DNA of 64,000 nt from the human T2T-CHM13v2.0 reference genome, Homo sapiens: NCBI RefSeq assembly GCF_009914755.1, contig NC_060934.1, one strand, 5' to 3'. The notes below the pieces were generated by a model. It did not search any database. It saw only the letters and a program-made list of their open reading frames with translations, and was not told where the DNA came from. Both the position numbers and the translations under genes were made by a program. Below are positions 17,631 through 31,609 of the stretch, in pieces; the first letter of the stretch is position 1; each line of letters begins with the position of its first letter.

Positions 17631-20600
17631 TAAGTGAAGGATTTGAACTTTATATCCAGGACAGATGAGAGTGGGAATGAGACATGGATTGGGGACAGAG
17701 AGAAGTATAAGAAAGCAAGGAACTCACAGGAACTATAGAGGGCTCTGGGTTGGGATCTGGGTCCAGCTTATCAGCTCTCTAGAGGCAAGGAGGTCCAGTC
17801 AACACATGGGATATGTCAGGAAGGCTACATCAGAGTTCAATACTAAGCTGCAAGCAGTGAAGTGCAGAATCAGTACTTAAGAAAAACAATGTGGGATGTG
17901 GAACATTTGCACAGGAAAAGGTTTCAAGACATAAAAGCCATGCAAGAGAAAAGGAGAGCTGTGCAAGAGCGAGAAGAGAGGCCCTTGTGTGGGCCACTGA
18001 TGTCCCCGGGGTTGAGGCCAGAGGTGGAGCAGCATGATCTGGAAGGAAAGCAGAGGCGTCAGGTTGCAACAGAGGCTCTCATCTTGAGACAGCAAGCTGA
18101 GCTTTAGGGACCAGGGAGACCATGGCTGGTGGTCGCCGCCTGGAAGCTGAGGACAGAGTTGTTTATGATGAGCACCCTTCTAGAACATCCACCAGCGTTT
18201 GCAGCCCGCTCTGGGACAGCTGGAGAAAATGGCCTGGAGGCTGGTCCAGGGTGAGCAGAGGTCCCTGGCACACGTGGGCTCCTACCAGGAGGGCTGTCTC
18301 CTATGGCACCTGGCCTGAGTCACTGGAATGGCTCCTGAGCCCCCCACCCCTAGGCCCTGTGCTCCTGCCTGATGTTGCCCATGCCTGCGTGAGCCTGGCT
18401 GGTGCCAAGAGCCAAAGTGCTCAGATGATCCAGTGCTCATGGAGGACCACTGGGCCCTTGGCCAGGAGCAGGGGGCCCTCAAAGGCACCTCCACCCTTGA
18501 CCGCCCCTCACTGACCCACTCCTAGCTCTGCACATATGTGCTGATAGCCTGAAGCCATGTACCTCCTGGTCCCCATCTCTAGGCACCCACGGGAGCTAAA
18601 GGTGTGGCCTTGGGAAGGGGGCTTCATGGAGGCTGCAGTGCCTGGGGTCTGGATGCAAATTACTTTTTGGGGTGGGATGAGCTGGGGTCTGGGCTGCACG
18701 CCCTGCCTGGTCTGTACTCCTGCTGCACTCTCACAGCAATGGGAAGGAGAGTCAGGTGGGAGCTGCGGCTGTCCCCGGCCCCTCTGCAGGTCTTCTGCTG
18801 TCCATTCTCACAGAGGGTGGTGGGAACGGTAAATAGAAGATGACGGAGAATGGCCAGGTGAATTCTAAGCCTGTGATATCTGTGTGCTGTTATTTTTATA
18901 GCTCTGATGTAAACCTGACTTCTCATCCAACCCAGACATGGGGTGTGGAGAACGGCATAGAGCTCAGAACTGGCCTGGGTGCTGGAGTGGGGCATGGGTG
19001 GGAGTGGACCAGGCTGACCTCTGGCTGGGCCCAGAGCTGCAAGGTCCCCAAGCGGTTTCCTGGACCAGGGTGAGCTGGAGACCAGGGGGGTTCCCAGAGG
19101 CCAGAGGGAAACCTGAGGCAAGGGCCTGCGGGGCCCGAGCAAGTGGGCTCTGGGAAGAGACCAAGGCTAGATAGAATCCAGCACTCGCCACTGGGCTGTC
19201 CTCTAAGGGATGGGGTGGGTTTGTGAATGTGAACCCCAACCTCGTGCCTGGCAGGGGCCCACAGCAGGCCCAGGGGCCCACACTGTCCTAATACAGAAAA
19301 GACTGCCACCCTCTCCAACTCCACTCACCTTTTTTGTTAAATATTTTTTCCCCCAACTAATTCCCTTGGTTTTCCTTTGTGAGTTTTGTTTTTGTTTTTG
19401 TTTTTGTTTTTTATGCTTGAAGTTTTAAAACTATAGAAAAGTACAGGGAACAGACACCAGCATATCCACCACCAGCGCCTCATTTCAAAGAAAGGGAAAC
19501 CGAGGCAGCAGCCCACAGCTGGAGGCCTAGGAGTGTCCATGGGCATGGACTGTGGAGCCGCTGCTCACCAGGGAGCAAATTGTTCTGCCACCTCCTTACT
19601 CGGAGACACCGAGCCCAGCCCGAGCCACAGGGTGACAGGACGTGGAGGTCACAATAACCTCCCAAGCTCACTGTGCTTATTGTGTTTAAGGCTTTATCGC
19701 TTCAGTCCTTCCATACAGCACTGCCACTGGGACTTGGGTGGCTCCCTGGGCAGGCAGGGCTGAAGCTGCTCCAATGAAACAGCTGTGGCCAGGAGGCTGG
19801 GAGGGTGGAGGGAGGCGGGGTCCTCATCCAAGCATCCACACTCTGAGGAGGGCAGGGGCCACTCCCACCCAAGGACCTGCACTCCCCAAGGTGGGAGAGC
19901 CTTTCTGGCCACCGATGCTTCCCAAAGGCCCAAACCCACTCCAAGGGCACCTGGAGAGGCTTCAGGTCCTGAGCCCCCTCAGCATTGCACGGTACAGCCT
20001 CCTGGAGGAGGCAGCAAGTGAACTGCAGCCTGCCTGTGGGCACAAGAGGACCATGTGTGACCCCAGCTATGCCCCTGGCCAGTCCTCCATGGCCCCACAA
20101 TGCCCTTCTGCCCTGGATGCAGTGGGATGCAGAGGGCGGGTCCCATGGAGGCTGATGCGCACTCTCTGCAGCTGTCGGCAGGGCTCTGAAGCCCCTGCTC
20201 CTCTCCAGCTTCCAAAGAACCTGCAGCATCCCTGGAGGCTGTGGTATCTGTCACTCAGGGCCAGAAAAGCTCCAGGGTGAAAAGGCAGGTCCCTCAGAGA
20301 GGCCCACACCCAGTCGCTCACTCAGGCCTAAAGAGAGCTCAGACTCAGTCATGGGAGCCACAGTCCCTCTAACTCCTGCCACAGGACAGGCTTCTCGGGC
20401 CCAAGTCACATCACAGGAATTGAGGGAGCTGGGAAGGAGTAGGTCAGCTAGGGGAGGTTAGCAGCTTGCCCAAGGTCCCTGGCTGAGTGCACCTCCAGGG
20501 CCGGGGGTATTTTGCACTTGGCTGCAGGGAGCTCTCCACCCAGGAGGAAAGCTTTCTCACCACTGCTCTTGCTGGCTTCTCCCTGAGCTCCTCCAGGCTC

Positions 20601-20949
20601 CCTACCCAAGCTGGTGTCCAGCAGCTGGACTCCAGGGTCCCCTGACACGCACCTAGTGCCCTATAGAATGCATGCTTCACCCCCACTCTCTCCGGGTGGG
20701 GCTGCCCTGAGCATTTGCTGTGCATTCTAATTTTCAGAGGGAGCCTGAGAACGTGAAATGGTTCCTGTCCCTGTTTTATCGATGAATGTACTGAGACTGC
20801 TGAGATCGAGCCACAGGGTAGGGTCATGGAGTTGGGCCTCTGAGTTTCCAAAGTGCTTAGGCAGCCCCTGATGCTGTCTTTTTAAAAAGGCAGAGCAAAG
20901 CCTGCCTCCTCTCTCTGCACAGACCCCTAGGTCCCAGAGGAGCTGCCGC

Positions 20950-21085
20950 ACAGCCACATACACACACACCCACGCACACATACACACACGCCCACGCACA
21001 CATACACACACATGCACACACACACGCACACACATGTATACACACACACACACCTGCAGGAGCCCCCCCCCCCCGCCCCCACCGC
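20950..21085 (+). repeat. Degenerate (CA)n tract followed by a poly-C run
   Basis: ~100 bp of CA-rich alternating sequence, then a C-run at ~21063-21080. Confidence 0.9.
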
Positions 21086-22080
21086 CAGCAGGCCAGCCAT
21101 TCCCCTGGCTCCGGGGAGCTAATTACATCACAGGAAACTGCGGTGTGAGTCTCACATCATCATGGTCCCCAGTGGAGCGCCGAGACAGAACACATGTGGT
21201 GGAGCTCTGGGCCAGGCCCAGCTGCCTCAGGTGTCCCCCCAGCTGGAGCGCAGCCAGGCGCTCCATGCAGCTCAGCCAGGGAAGGGCCTTCTTGCTAGGC
21301 CAAGGGTGGTTAGAGTGGTTCTGAGAGAGGCCTCGGGCCCAAGCAGCCTCCTCTGCTTCCTTCTTGGGTGTCCTGGCCTGGGGCATGTTGTCCCCAAAAC
21401 AGGACAACGTTAGTCCTGTCGCCCTCAGGGAGGGTATGTGAGACCCTGCCTAGAAAGGCGGCACACAACACCTGGTGCAGAGGCACAAGGACAGTGTCTG
21501 TGACAACAGAAACACTGTCTCTGCCCACAAGGGGCACATTCAGGGACACGAGACCCACGTGCCCGAGGCTCCATCCTCACTCAGGGCCTGGGACACACGG
21601 GTGCCACTCTCTTAAGTGACACTGCCAGTGAGCCCATGGCCCATGGGACCAGAATTCTGCTGGGGACTCCAAAATTCCTACAGAGGGTTGGAGGGCTCAG
21701 GCAGGGCACTCCAAAGAGACATGTGAGCTGAGGCTGAGGGGAGAGGGCGAGTCAGATCGGAGGGAGAAAGGGCATGGGGCCGAGAAAACAACGGCAAGGG
21801 CCCCTGGCTGCAAGCTCCAGCCAGAGAGGTGGGCAGTGCGGCCCAGGAGGAAACATGGCCGGAGAAGGAGGGGACAGGTCTCAAAGGGCTGGGCCTTCAG
21901 AAAGAAAGCGGGCTGTATCCCACTCACAGCAGGAAGCTACCAAAAGGTGTGCATGACAGTGACATGCACACAAGTCCTTTTGGAAATTTCATGCTGGCTA
22001 GTATTGGGGAGGGCACAGGATGGTGGTGGCTCCAGGGGGTGATGGTAACGATGGAGATGCGAGGGGTCCCAAGGACAGAA

Positions 22081-22545
22081 GACCTGCCATGCTGTGGGGG
22101 TGGGGTGCTGACAGGACCTGCCATGCTGTGGGGTATTGTGGGGTGGGGCTGACAGGACCTGCTATGCTGTGGGGGGAGGGGCTGACAGGACCTGCCATGC
22201 TGTTGGGGGGTGGAGCTGATAGGACCTACCATGCTGTTGGGCAGTGGGGCGCTGACAGGACCTGCCATGCTGTGGGGTGGGGTTGACAGGACCTGCCATG
22301 GTGTGGGGGACACTGACAGGATTTACCATACTGTTGGGGCGGGGGTGCTGACAGGACCTGCCATTGCTGTGGGATGGGGCTGACAGGACCTGCCATGCTC
22401 TTGGGGGCAGTTGACAGGCCCTGCCATGTTGTCAGTGGGGGTTAACAGGATCTGCCATGCTGTGGGGGGTTGGGCTGACAGGACCTGCCATGCTGTGAGG
22501 GAGCGCTGACAGGACCTGCCATGCTGGGGGAGCTGAGAGGACCTG
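22081..22545 (+). repeat. G-rich minisatellite, ~14-15 units of ~30-35 bp
   Basis: Unit core GCTGACAGGACCTGCCATGCTGTGGGG with variable G-rich spacers. Confidence 0.95.
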
Positions 22546-25199
22546 CTCTGCTCAGGAGGGGGAAGGGGGAGAAGACAGAGAGAGGAGGGTAGAGGTAGTG
22601 GTGGTGGGGGATGAAGTCCAGGCATGAGTGAGGAGGAGGCTGGGTTAGTGCAGGAAGCTGTAAGTAGACATGGAAGGGAAGAGAGGTTCTGGGGTAGAAT
22701 CAGAATCAAAGAACCTCAGAAAGTTCAGTGGAGAAGGATCCTGTGGTTTTCTATCTCCCGAAGTAAAATGAGAGGCCAGATTTTACCTCTAACCGCCATT
22801 CACTATAACCCATCCCTCTATAACCCCTGAAGCATTCCCTGGAGACCTCATGGGCTCATGGAACACACATTGAAAACCCTGCAGTGGGCCAGTGGGTGGC
22901 CTAGAGCCATGTCATGGGTTAGTGCTGGAGCAGGGCAGTTCCAGGACATTAGAGGCCAGCCCTGGGCCAGCTCCCCACCAGCTGAGGCTGAGTCCCACCA
23001 GCAGCATCCCTCACCTGAGAGCTGGCCTGAAGTCCTTTCTTCCTTTCCCCTGTCCCTGTTTCAGTGACCAGCTGCTCCTCCCTCCTCCTGGGCATGCTCC
23101 ACTAAGGCAGGCATGCAAAGGCCAGTAGGGAGGCGGCCCCTGGACTTTCCCAGGCAGACAGCAGTCCCAGAAGAGCATGCTGAAGGAGGGACAGACTGAC
23201 TGCTGCGTCCTGGGTCACCCCCACCCAACTCAGCCCACCTCCCAAAGCTGGAGCCCCTCTCAATGTCTCAGCCATCAGGGCCCAAGAGCTGGGGCAGCTT
23301 CTCGAAGCTCAAAGCTGGCAGGGGCAATGCCAGGCTTTGCTGGCACCAGAGGGACCCTGTGGGTGTAGCACTGACTTCCCCCGAAGCCAGCCGCTGTGTC
23401 CACGCAGCCTGAGGACCCAAGGGGACCTTCTGGCTGTCCCAGCAGGAATCCCCACATGAGTACTCTTGAGCCAGGTGCCCAGCCAGCCTGGAGATCACCC
23501 AAGATCCTCAAAGGTTACAGAGGGAGTTCTGCCTCCTCACTTCCTGGTCCTGCACCCTCCCTGGAGCACCCCAGGAGACTGCCCCCATACTAGCCTTGGG
23601 AACATGGGCAGGTTGGAGACCAGCCAGGAATGAGCTCATCCCCTCTGGGGGCTGCCTCCTCATGGCAGGCCCTTCCCCGTGAGGGAGAGATGGGGGTCTT
23701 CCAGTTTTCTGGCTCTGCGTGGCTATCCAAGACCACAGTCCTGGGGGGCCTGGGAAGCCCAGGGTCCTTCAACCTTGGGCCAGGCCATGGGACCATTCCC
23801 CAGGGCAGAGCCAGAGTAAGTGCAGGCAGGAAAGTAGGGGTCACTTTTAGAAATGGGACCTATCTGCAGGTGTGGCTCCCTGTCCTGGGAGGAGAGGACA
23901 GTTACATTTTTTTCTTCCATCTATGCAATACTTAAAGGCCAAGAGGGCATTTGAAGCAGACCTCCCATGTTCACTCCAAGTCACACAGATGGCCTACACT
24001 CCCTCATTCATGTCTCTGCTCCCTACTTAGGAGGGGCTGCAGCCAGGGTAGGGGACCCTCACCCATCTCCCAGTGGGCTCTGGGCACTCACCTTTGAGGT
24101 CAGGCACAGCCACCCCTCCCTCTGGGCTTCAGGGAAGTTTGGGCCGGGTAGGCATAGGGTGCCTCCTGCTGGCACTCAGGGCCAAGGCACGGAGTCCCTT
24201 CTTGGGACTGTGGCCACGCTGAGGGGGCTGTCATGCCATGAGTCAGCCAGCTGTCAGGGACCTGGCCCCCAATTCTTCCCTCCTGCCCTCCCCACAGCCT
24301 GCTTCACACTGGACAGGTGCCCCGACTGGCTGGCCTGGGTGTCCTCAGGGGCCACAGCAGGTACCAGTGGCCGCAGCCCCTGGAGGGATGTCATTAAAGC
24401 CAGATCAGCCACAATCCCTGGCTCTCACAATCCCAGCCCTGCCGCTGACAACCCTGACGATAAGTGCACCCCAAAGAGGAAATGGGGCCCAGAAGCAAAG
24501 CTCTGTGCCATCAGTTCAGCTCTCAGACCTCTATGGGCCCTGCCACGACCTGATGGGCTCCATTCCTGATCAGGAGCTGCACTGGGCATCAGTCGCATGC
24601 CCATGGGGTGGGCAGGGGTGCTCAGCACCTCCAGGGAGCCCTGACTATGCAAGGCCTCCCCACGTCAGATGTGCTTTTGCCCCTCTGCTTGGAGTCCTAG
24701 TTCTGCCCCACGTGTGCCCAGAACAATCAGTGTCTCCACCCTCAGGCCAAGAGCCTGTGACCTTGGGTTGGAGCCTGGCCCTGGTGCAGGCCTGCGGATC
24801 TCCTTCCACCTGGCTCTCAGCCTCCAGCTACAGGGAGTCCCCAGATCTGACCCAGGGGGCCGAGACCCCAAAGAAGAGGCCTCTGTGTCCCAACCTTGCT
24901 GTGAGGCATGGTCCACTGTTGGAGGGGCTGCAGCCACTGGATGGCTTCTCATCGCCAGCCCTCCCCCGAGGGCGCAATGAGACTGCTCCACTGTGACTCC
25001 CATGGTCCCCGAGTCCCTGTGGAAAGAGCCCCAGAGGGAAAGGCGGGGTGGAACTGGGCTGCCAGCCCCCCTACCTGCCAGGGACATGACCGAGGCCCCT
25101 GGGCACCCCACTTTCACCTTGGGAAGGAGGCAGCATGGCCTGTGCAGTTGCCCCTCCTAATCCACAAACGTGTGGCCTTTCCTGCTGAATATGATGGTG

Positions 25200-25930
25200 A
25201 CTGTCAGCAGTTGGTCTCAGCAGGATCATCATGCCAATTAAGATGGAAATGCCACCCTGTGGGGGCTCCCCCCTCTGCCAGGGAGCTGAAGTGGAGGGAG
25301 TATGTTTATACCCAAATGCAAAGATACTGCCCAGCACAGACTTCTGTCCCAGGGGGCCGGAGAGGGATGTCATTAAGGCCAGATCAGCCACCACCCCTGG
25401 CTCTCCCTGCCGGGAATTCCCTGGACAGCAGGAGTAAGTGGCCCTTCCTTCCTTCTCTGCAAAAGCCCCAAGGTCACAGGCACCTCTGAAACATGCCCCA
25501 CGCTCCCCCTGCTTACCAGGCCTCATTTCAGGACCTCCTACCCGGACTACACTCCAGGCCCAGTGGCGAGACAGAGACACCTGCAGGGCTCCCGGATTGG
25601 GGGCGGTGAAAACCTGCACGGTGCACGCCCCAGCAGACCATAGTCCTCATGCCAGCTGGCCAGCAGCTGCACAGAGGCTGGTGGGAAGCAACTTCCTGAC
25701 ACAGTCACCCCTCCCCAGAAGTGCCCTGTGAGGCCAGGGAGGTGAGGACAGGCAACCCCTCCTCAGAAGTGCCCTGTGAGGGCTGAGGGAGAAGCACAGT
25801 CTCAGCTGGGCCTGGCCATGGAGACGGATCCCAGTGAACAATATTGATTGTTTGTGCAAAATGGCACCCCAGCCCCTCAGCCTGCTTGCTGCCAGGGCCC
25901 CTGGTGGAAGCTGACACAGACACAAAGGAG
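25200..25930. promoter_or_regulatory. Candidate distal RET enhancer (~-33 kb; may correspond to MCS-32)
   Basis: Non-repeat DNA with the inverted SOX pair at 25837-25852, CAATTAA and GTCATTAA. Confidence 0.5.
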
Positions 25931-28900
25931 AGGAAGGGGCACAGTGCAGCAAAGCCGGAGGCAGAGCAGTGAGGCACAGCTGGGGGCCCCTGGGCCAGCA
26001 CAGGCATCTGAGGCCCAGCCACAAGAACTGCAGTCCCATAGAGGAAGGGGAGGGTGTCGCCTCACTCCCAATCTGTGCAGCCCCTCAGAGCCCTGCACAG
26101 GGCCAACAGAGTCCGGGAGGGTCCCTGTGCCTGCAAGGGCTGCGGCCTAGGCCTCTGCAGAACAGGGGGAGGGGAGCGGCCGCACCCCTGTCTAGACGGC
26201 TCCTGCTGAGTACTAGCTCCTCACCTACCCGCCCTGGGTGCCACGGGCCCCAAGGCAGAGGGCATAAGCTCTGTGCAAACATCCTGCCTTCTCCCCAGGA
26301 TATTTCCTTTAATAAAACACCATGGAAATGTCAGCTAGTCTAAACAAATAGCCAAGGTTTTCAGAGGACGAGCAGCCTGCATAGGAGAGCCTCCAGGGCC
26401 TGCTTTTCGGGGTGGCTTTGGGAAATTGTGTGCCAGAAAGGCAGTGGGAGCCCTTCCTGGTGGGGCGAGCACTGGGGGTTGTGGTGACTGAGCCCAAAGA
26501 GGCAGGGCCTGCGAGTTCCCCTGGGAGGAAGGGGCAGGCCCTGAGCCGGGTGCAGGGTGGCTGTCCAGGGTCCCTGAGGAGCCTGGGGCCTTCAGATGAG
26601 GGCTCCCTCCTGAGGACCCTCAGAAAGGGCCTGCCCCAGGGACACACGCAGAGGTGGGGGTGGGAGGCCTACAGCACATGCTTCTCAGGACACCCTCCTT
26701 CCCCTCCCACTGCAGGAGCCACTTCTGCAGCCCCATCCTCCTCCTTGTCCATAAGCTCCATGTTAGGGGAGGCCCCTGCTTGGGGAGGCCCCAGGTCGGC
26801 CGGGGGAGGTGAGAAGTCCAATAATGGGGTGAAACTTGCAACCCCGTGCCTGACAAAATGTGGCCCAGGCCCAGAGGTGGCAGGGTTGGGGTAGGGGTGA
26901 GATACGTGTTACAGCCCCCGGCAGCATCCAGGGCCTGCATCTGTGTGGGGGTCAAGTGTTCCCGTGATCCTACTGCCTGAGCAGCGGGCCGTGGCATCCC
27001 TGCTCTTCCTTGGCAGGGCAGACAGACCCAGCTCTAGCCATGTGCAGGGCAACGTGGGCAGGGCCCAGACTGCCTCCCCAGCAAAGAAAGATTTTCAGGG
27101 TGTGGATCTCCATGTGGGTTCAGCCTCTGTGAATGGTGTGTCCGGGAAGGGGCCACACGTGCAAGAATTGCTGACCCTGCCTGGGCCAGTGCAGGAGAGT
27201 GAGGCTGGGCTTCCAGGCACTGGGCTCGGGCTGTGCCAGGTAGGCCAACGCTCCTCAGGAGGCCAGCAGATACCTGCAGGGTGGCAGTGAGGGTGGTCCC
27301 AGCCCTTGGGGCCTCCATGCAGCCACCTGCATCTGTGGCCACGGGTGGAAAAGGTGAGCCCACAGCAGGTGGGATGGCCAAGGCTGAGCAGGTCCACAAG
27401 GAGCAGAGATGGAAGCCAGCAGCCAGCTCTGCACCAAGGCAGGGCCTCTGGGCACCGCCTGGGAAGAAGGGAGTGGGCTCTGGAGTCCTGTATGCTGTGC
27501 TAGAATCCCAGCTCCATTTCCTCGCCTGTGAACAGGGAAGTGGTTTCTAGCCAATGCGGTGTCAGAAGGAGAGAACAGGATGAGGTGCCTGGGCACGGCT
27601 CAGCACTGAGCACTCGGTCCCTCCCCAGTCCCTCTGACGAGGCACCCAGGCAGGCCCTCCCCTAGCAGAGGACACCATCCTTGGGCCTCTGGGTGGCAGA
27701 TGGCATTTTCTCAAAATGCCCACAAGAGTATCTCCAATCCCACACATTCTCAGAACCTTGCTACTCTCCAGGAGCACACCTGTTTCCCCTTCCTTGGACC
27801 GGGTGCAGGGCAGAGGTGGTGGGTAGGGCCCGCAGAGGCCATGCAGAGTGAAATCAGAGACTGGGGCAGATAGGGCGACTCATTTCTGCCTGATTCCCTC
27901 TCTAGGGAGGTTCCCCTTGGAGCCTGGTCCCATGCTGTGAGGAAGCCCAGGTCCCTGGAAAGGCCACATGCAGGTGTCCCACCTGAGGGCCCAGCAGCAG
28001 CCTCCGCTGCCAGACCGAGCACCAGGAGCCCTCAGATGCCTCCAGCCAACCCAGCTGACACAAGTGGAGCAGAGACACACTGTCCCCACCACACCGGGCC
28101 CAATGTGCAGTTTGGGGAGCAGAATTAATATTGTCAGTGAAGCCACTGTGCTGCGGGGTGGTTTGTTAAGCAGCAGCATGACGGAGCATTGGTGCACTGG
28201 CTGAGTGACAACATGACTGCAGCGCCCCCATCTCTGTCAGACTCTAGCCAGGGGACGGGGCCCACTCAGAAAAGCCTGTTTCAGGAGACAGGACCTGGTG
28301 ACCATTCTGTGCCTCCCATCCCGAGGCCCCAGACAAGGCTAGGCTTGGAATCCAGAATGCCTGGGCCCTCAGGACACAGTGCCCTGCCCCCCAGGAGCCA
28401 AGTGCTGAGACACGCACTGTTCAACGGCCTCATTCAGAGGATCATGCACCCGGGAACCCCACACAGTCAGGACTGGTGTTTTTCGTAGGAGGAATCTGAG
28501 GCTCCAGGATGGGCTGAGTCCCTTGTCTAATGCGCCCTGCTTGACCTTGGAAGAGACACGCTGGGGACTGATTTAAAGCCGCCACTCCATACGTTCTCCC
28601 TGCAGCTCCCATGCCAGCCACTGCCATCCCTGCTGCAGGAGCACAGCTCTCAGCCACAGACGCCCCCATCAATCAATATTTTTAATTACTTACATGATTG
28701 ACTAATAAAATTCTCCACCAACTAATTGATTTTTTTGATCAGAGAGAGCCTTTGTTTTTATTAAAAGGCTACTTAGATGAATTTTTTTTTCACTTAAGTG
28801 GGAAGTTGTATTTCTTTTGGTCATTTTGGAAGAAGAAAAATAGGAGGGGGCTGGGACAAGGGAAGACCCCGAGGCCAAGAAGATTACAGGCCCAAACTGA

Positions 28901-29374
28901 GAGACCCATGATAATCATCAGAACCCCTTCACCATGTGCCCACCAAACACCCAGTGGCTCGGCTCTGGCCAGAGGGGCCCTGTGGCATGGGTGGGCAGAC
29001 TGGGGACACATACCACCCAATCGCCAGCAGCTTCCATCATTTTTAAAGGTGAACTGTAAACTTTTCTCTGCATTTTAATAAAAGAATCGGGCTTGAAATT
29101 ATAAAAGCAACTCATTCATTGTGTACAGTTTGGAAAAGAAAGGCAAATCTCATAAAACTATGAAAGTGGGCTTCCTGGCACGGGGCCCATGGTGCATGGG
29201 GCAGGTGACCTGAAGCTGTGAGAAGAAGCTGCAGGGTTGACTTCGGTTTCCCAGGGGCCCAAGGCCCCAAAGAGCCATGACCATAAAAACAATCTGGACA
29301 GCCACCCACCACCCAGAAAACTGCTCATGGGCTCACAGATCAGTGGGCTTTTTGTTGTTTTCCTTTTTCTTTTC

Positions 29375-29655
29375 CTTTTTATTTATTTATTTATTTATTT
29401 TAGAGACGGGGCCTCACACTGTTGCCCAAGCGGCAGGCAGTGGTGCAATCATGGCTCACTGCAGCCTTGAACTCCTGGGCTTAAGCGATCCTCCCACCTC
29501 AGTCTCCTGATTAGGTGGTACTAAAGGTGTGTGCCACCACTCCCAACTAACTTTTAAATATTTCTGGAGAGACAAGGTCTCACTATGTGGCCCAGATTGG
29601 TCTCCAACTCCTGGCCTCAAACTGACCCTCCTGCCTCAGCCTCCCAAAGTGCTGG
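29375..29655 (-). mobile_element. AluJ with (TTTA)n tail
   Basis: ATCATGGCTCACTGCAGCCTTGAACTCCTGGGCTTAAGCGATCC. Confidence 0.85.
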
Positions 29656-31255
29656 CCTCCCGTTTTCATTTTTCTTTTACCAGATTGGCATCTTACTGTA
29701 GATCAGGTGTGGCCATGTTCCTCCACTTGCAGTGACCTTTAAAGAGGTGTTTGTAAGTGGCTCCAGGGCAGCCCATCCTGGGACCTCTTCATGTGGCACA
29801 CACTGAGGTTGTCTTCCCTGGGCAGCTGCTGGGCACAGGATGATGCTGGGCACAGGATGATTCTGGGCAGCTGGTAGGGCCAGGGAGCTTGGCAGCGACA
29901 ATTAGGGTAAGGGATGGTGGGCATGTTTGGTGAAGGAGGGGCAGGGTACAGGGTCCCCACCACAGCCATGGGATGCTCCTTCTCTCCTGGCTGGAGGGTC
30001 TCAGCCAGGGGGACACAGTGGACAGGGGGTGTTGCCCCCAGCTCCACACTGGGCCTGCCACTGCCTCTGCCTGTTACTTCCACAGTCATGGTCACCCACT
30101 GATTTCACTGTGACCTCATCTCTTGTTGGCTGCTCCATGCCCTACGAGCAGAGCAGTACCCAGGATATGGTGGATGCTCTGAGACCAAGTTACAAATGCT
30201 TGCTGAGTAACCCTACAGAAATGAAGAACATTCTTACCGTGGCCTCCACATGGCCCTTCTGAGTGGGGCCCTGGGGCTGTGGGGAGGATGAGCCTGCTCC
30301 CTTAGGAGGGTCACTGCAGATGTGCAGAATGACAATGGAATGCAGAGGTGATGGGGGCAGAGCTGTCCCTGTGTCACAGCTCATCCACACAGACTGGGTG
30401 AGGGCTCTGTGCCTCATGCCAGCCCCATGCACAGAACTGAGTCCTCGAAGACAGAGGGACTGAGTGACTCCCCAGGCCACACAGCCTGTCTGGTTCTCCC
30501 CATGGGACGCTTCTCAGGCTCACCCGGAGCTTTCAAAACAGATTCCTTTGCCCGTGACCTGCTCTCAGCCTCATGTGAGGCCTCAGACCAGCAGGGTTGG
30601 AACAGAGCTAATGACATGGCAGGGAAACATGTGGATGGTTAGCGACATGAAGGCCCACCCAGCTGGCCCTAGAGTGTCTCGCCTGCCTGACAGCTCCAGT
30701 CTGTCACCCTGACTGGGCATGTCCAGAAGCCTGGCCCTCCGTCCTTGGTGATCTCATGCTGCGTGGCTTGCACCCGCTGGGAGCCGATGCCACCACGCCA
30801 ATTGCTGCAAGCCTCTGAAAGGCACCTCGAGGTGTCCTGATCTGTCCCCAACATGCAACCTGCCCCTAGATGCCCTCCCCACCACAGCAGGAGGCAGTTT
30901 TGTCCTGCTCAATTGGAAACCCTGGGAGCTGAGTGACCCTGCCGTTTCCCCCGCCCACTGCCAGCCACATCCCTGCTGAGAAAACCAAGAAGGGAGTTGG
31001 AGCTTTGATCCTCACTAGCTGGTACTGATTCCCCCACCTGCAGCAGTGTCAGAGAAGACCACACAGAAAGCCAGAACTCCCATTCCCACCCAGCTGTAAT
31101 GAGGAGTCCCCACCTGCACCTCAGGTGTCAGCAGAGGCTGAGTGAGAATCCCAAGCTTCTACTTCTACCTGGCAGTGAGAAGGTACTGCCTCCCTTTCCC
31201 TGACAGAGGCTGACAGAAAGTACCAGCTGAAACAGAGGCTTAAATAAGACCCAGA

Positions 31256-31609
<354 letters not shown>

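Noticed and set aside
24238-25619. Long ORFs of 180-252 aa
   Set aside because: No recognisable domain or splice structure, open on both strands; consistent with GC-rich chance
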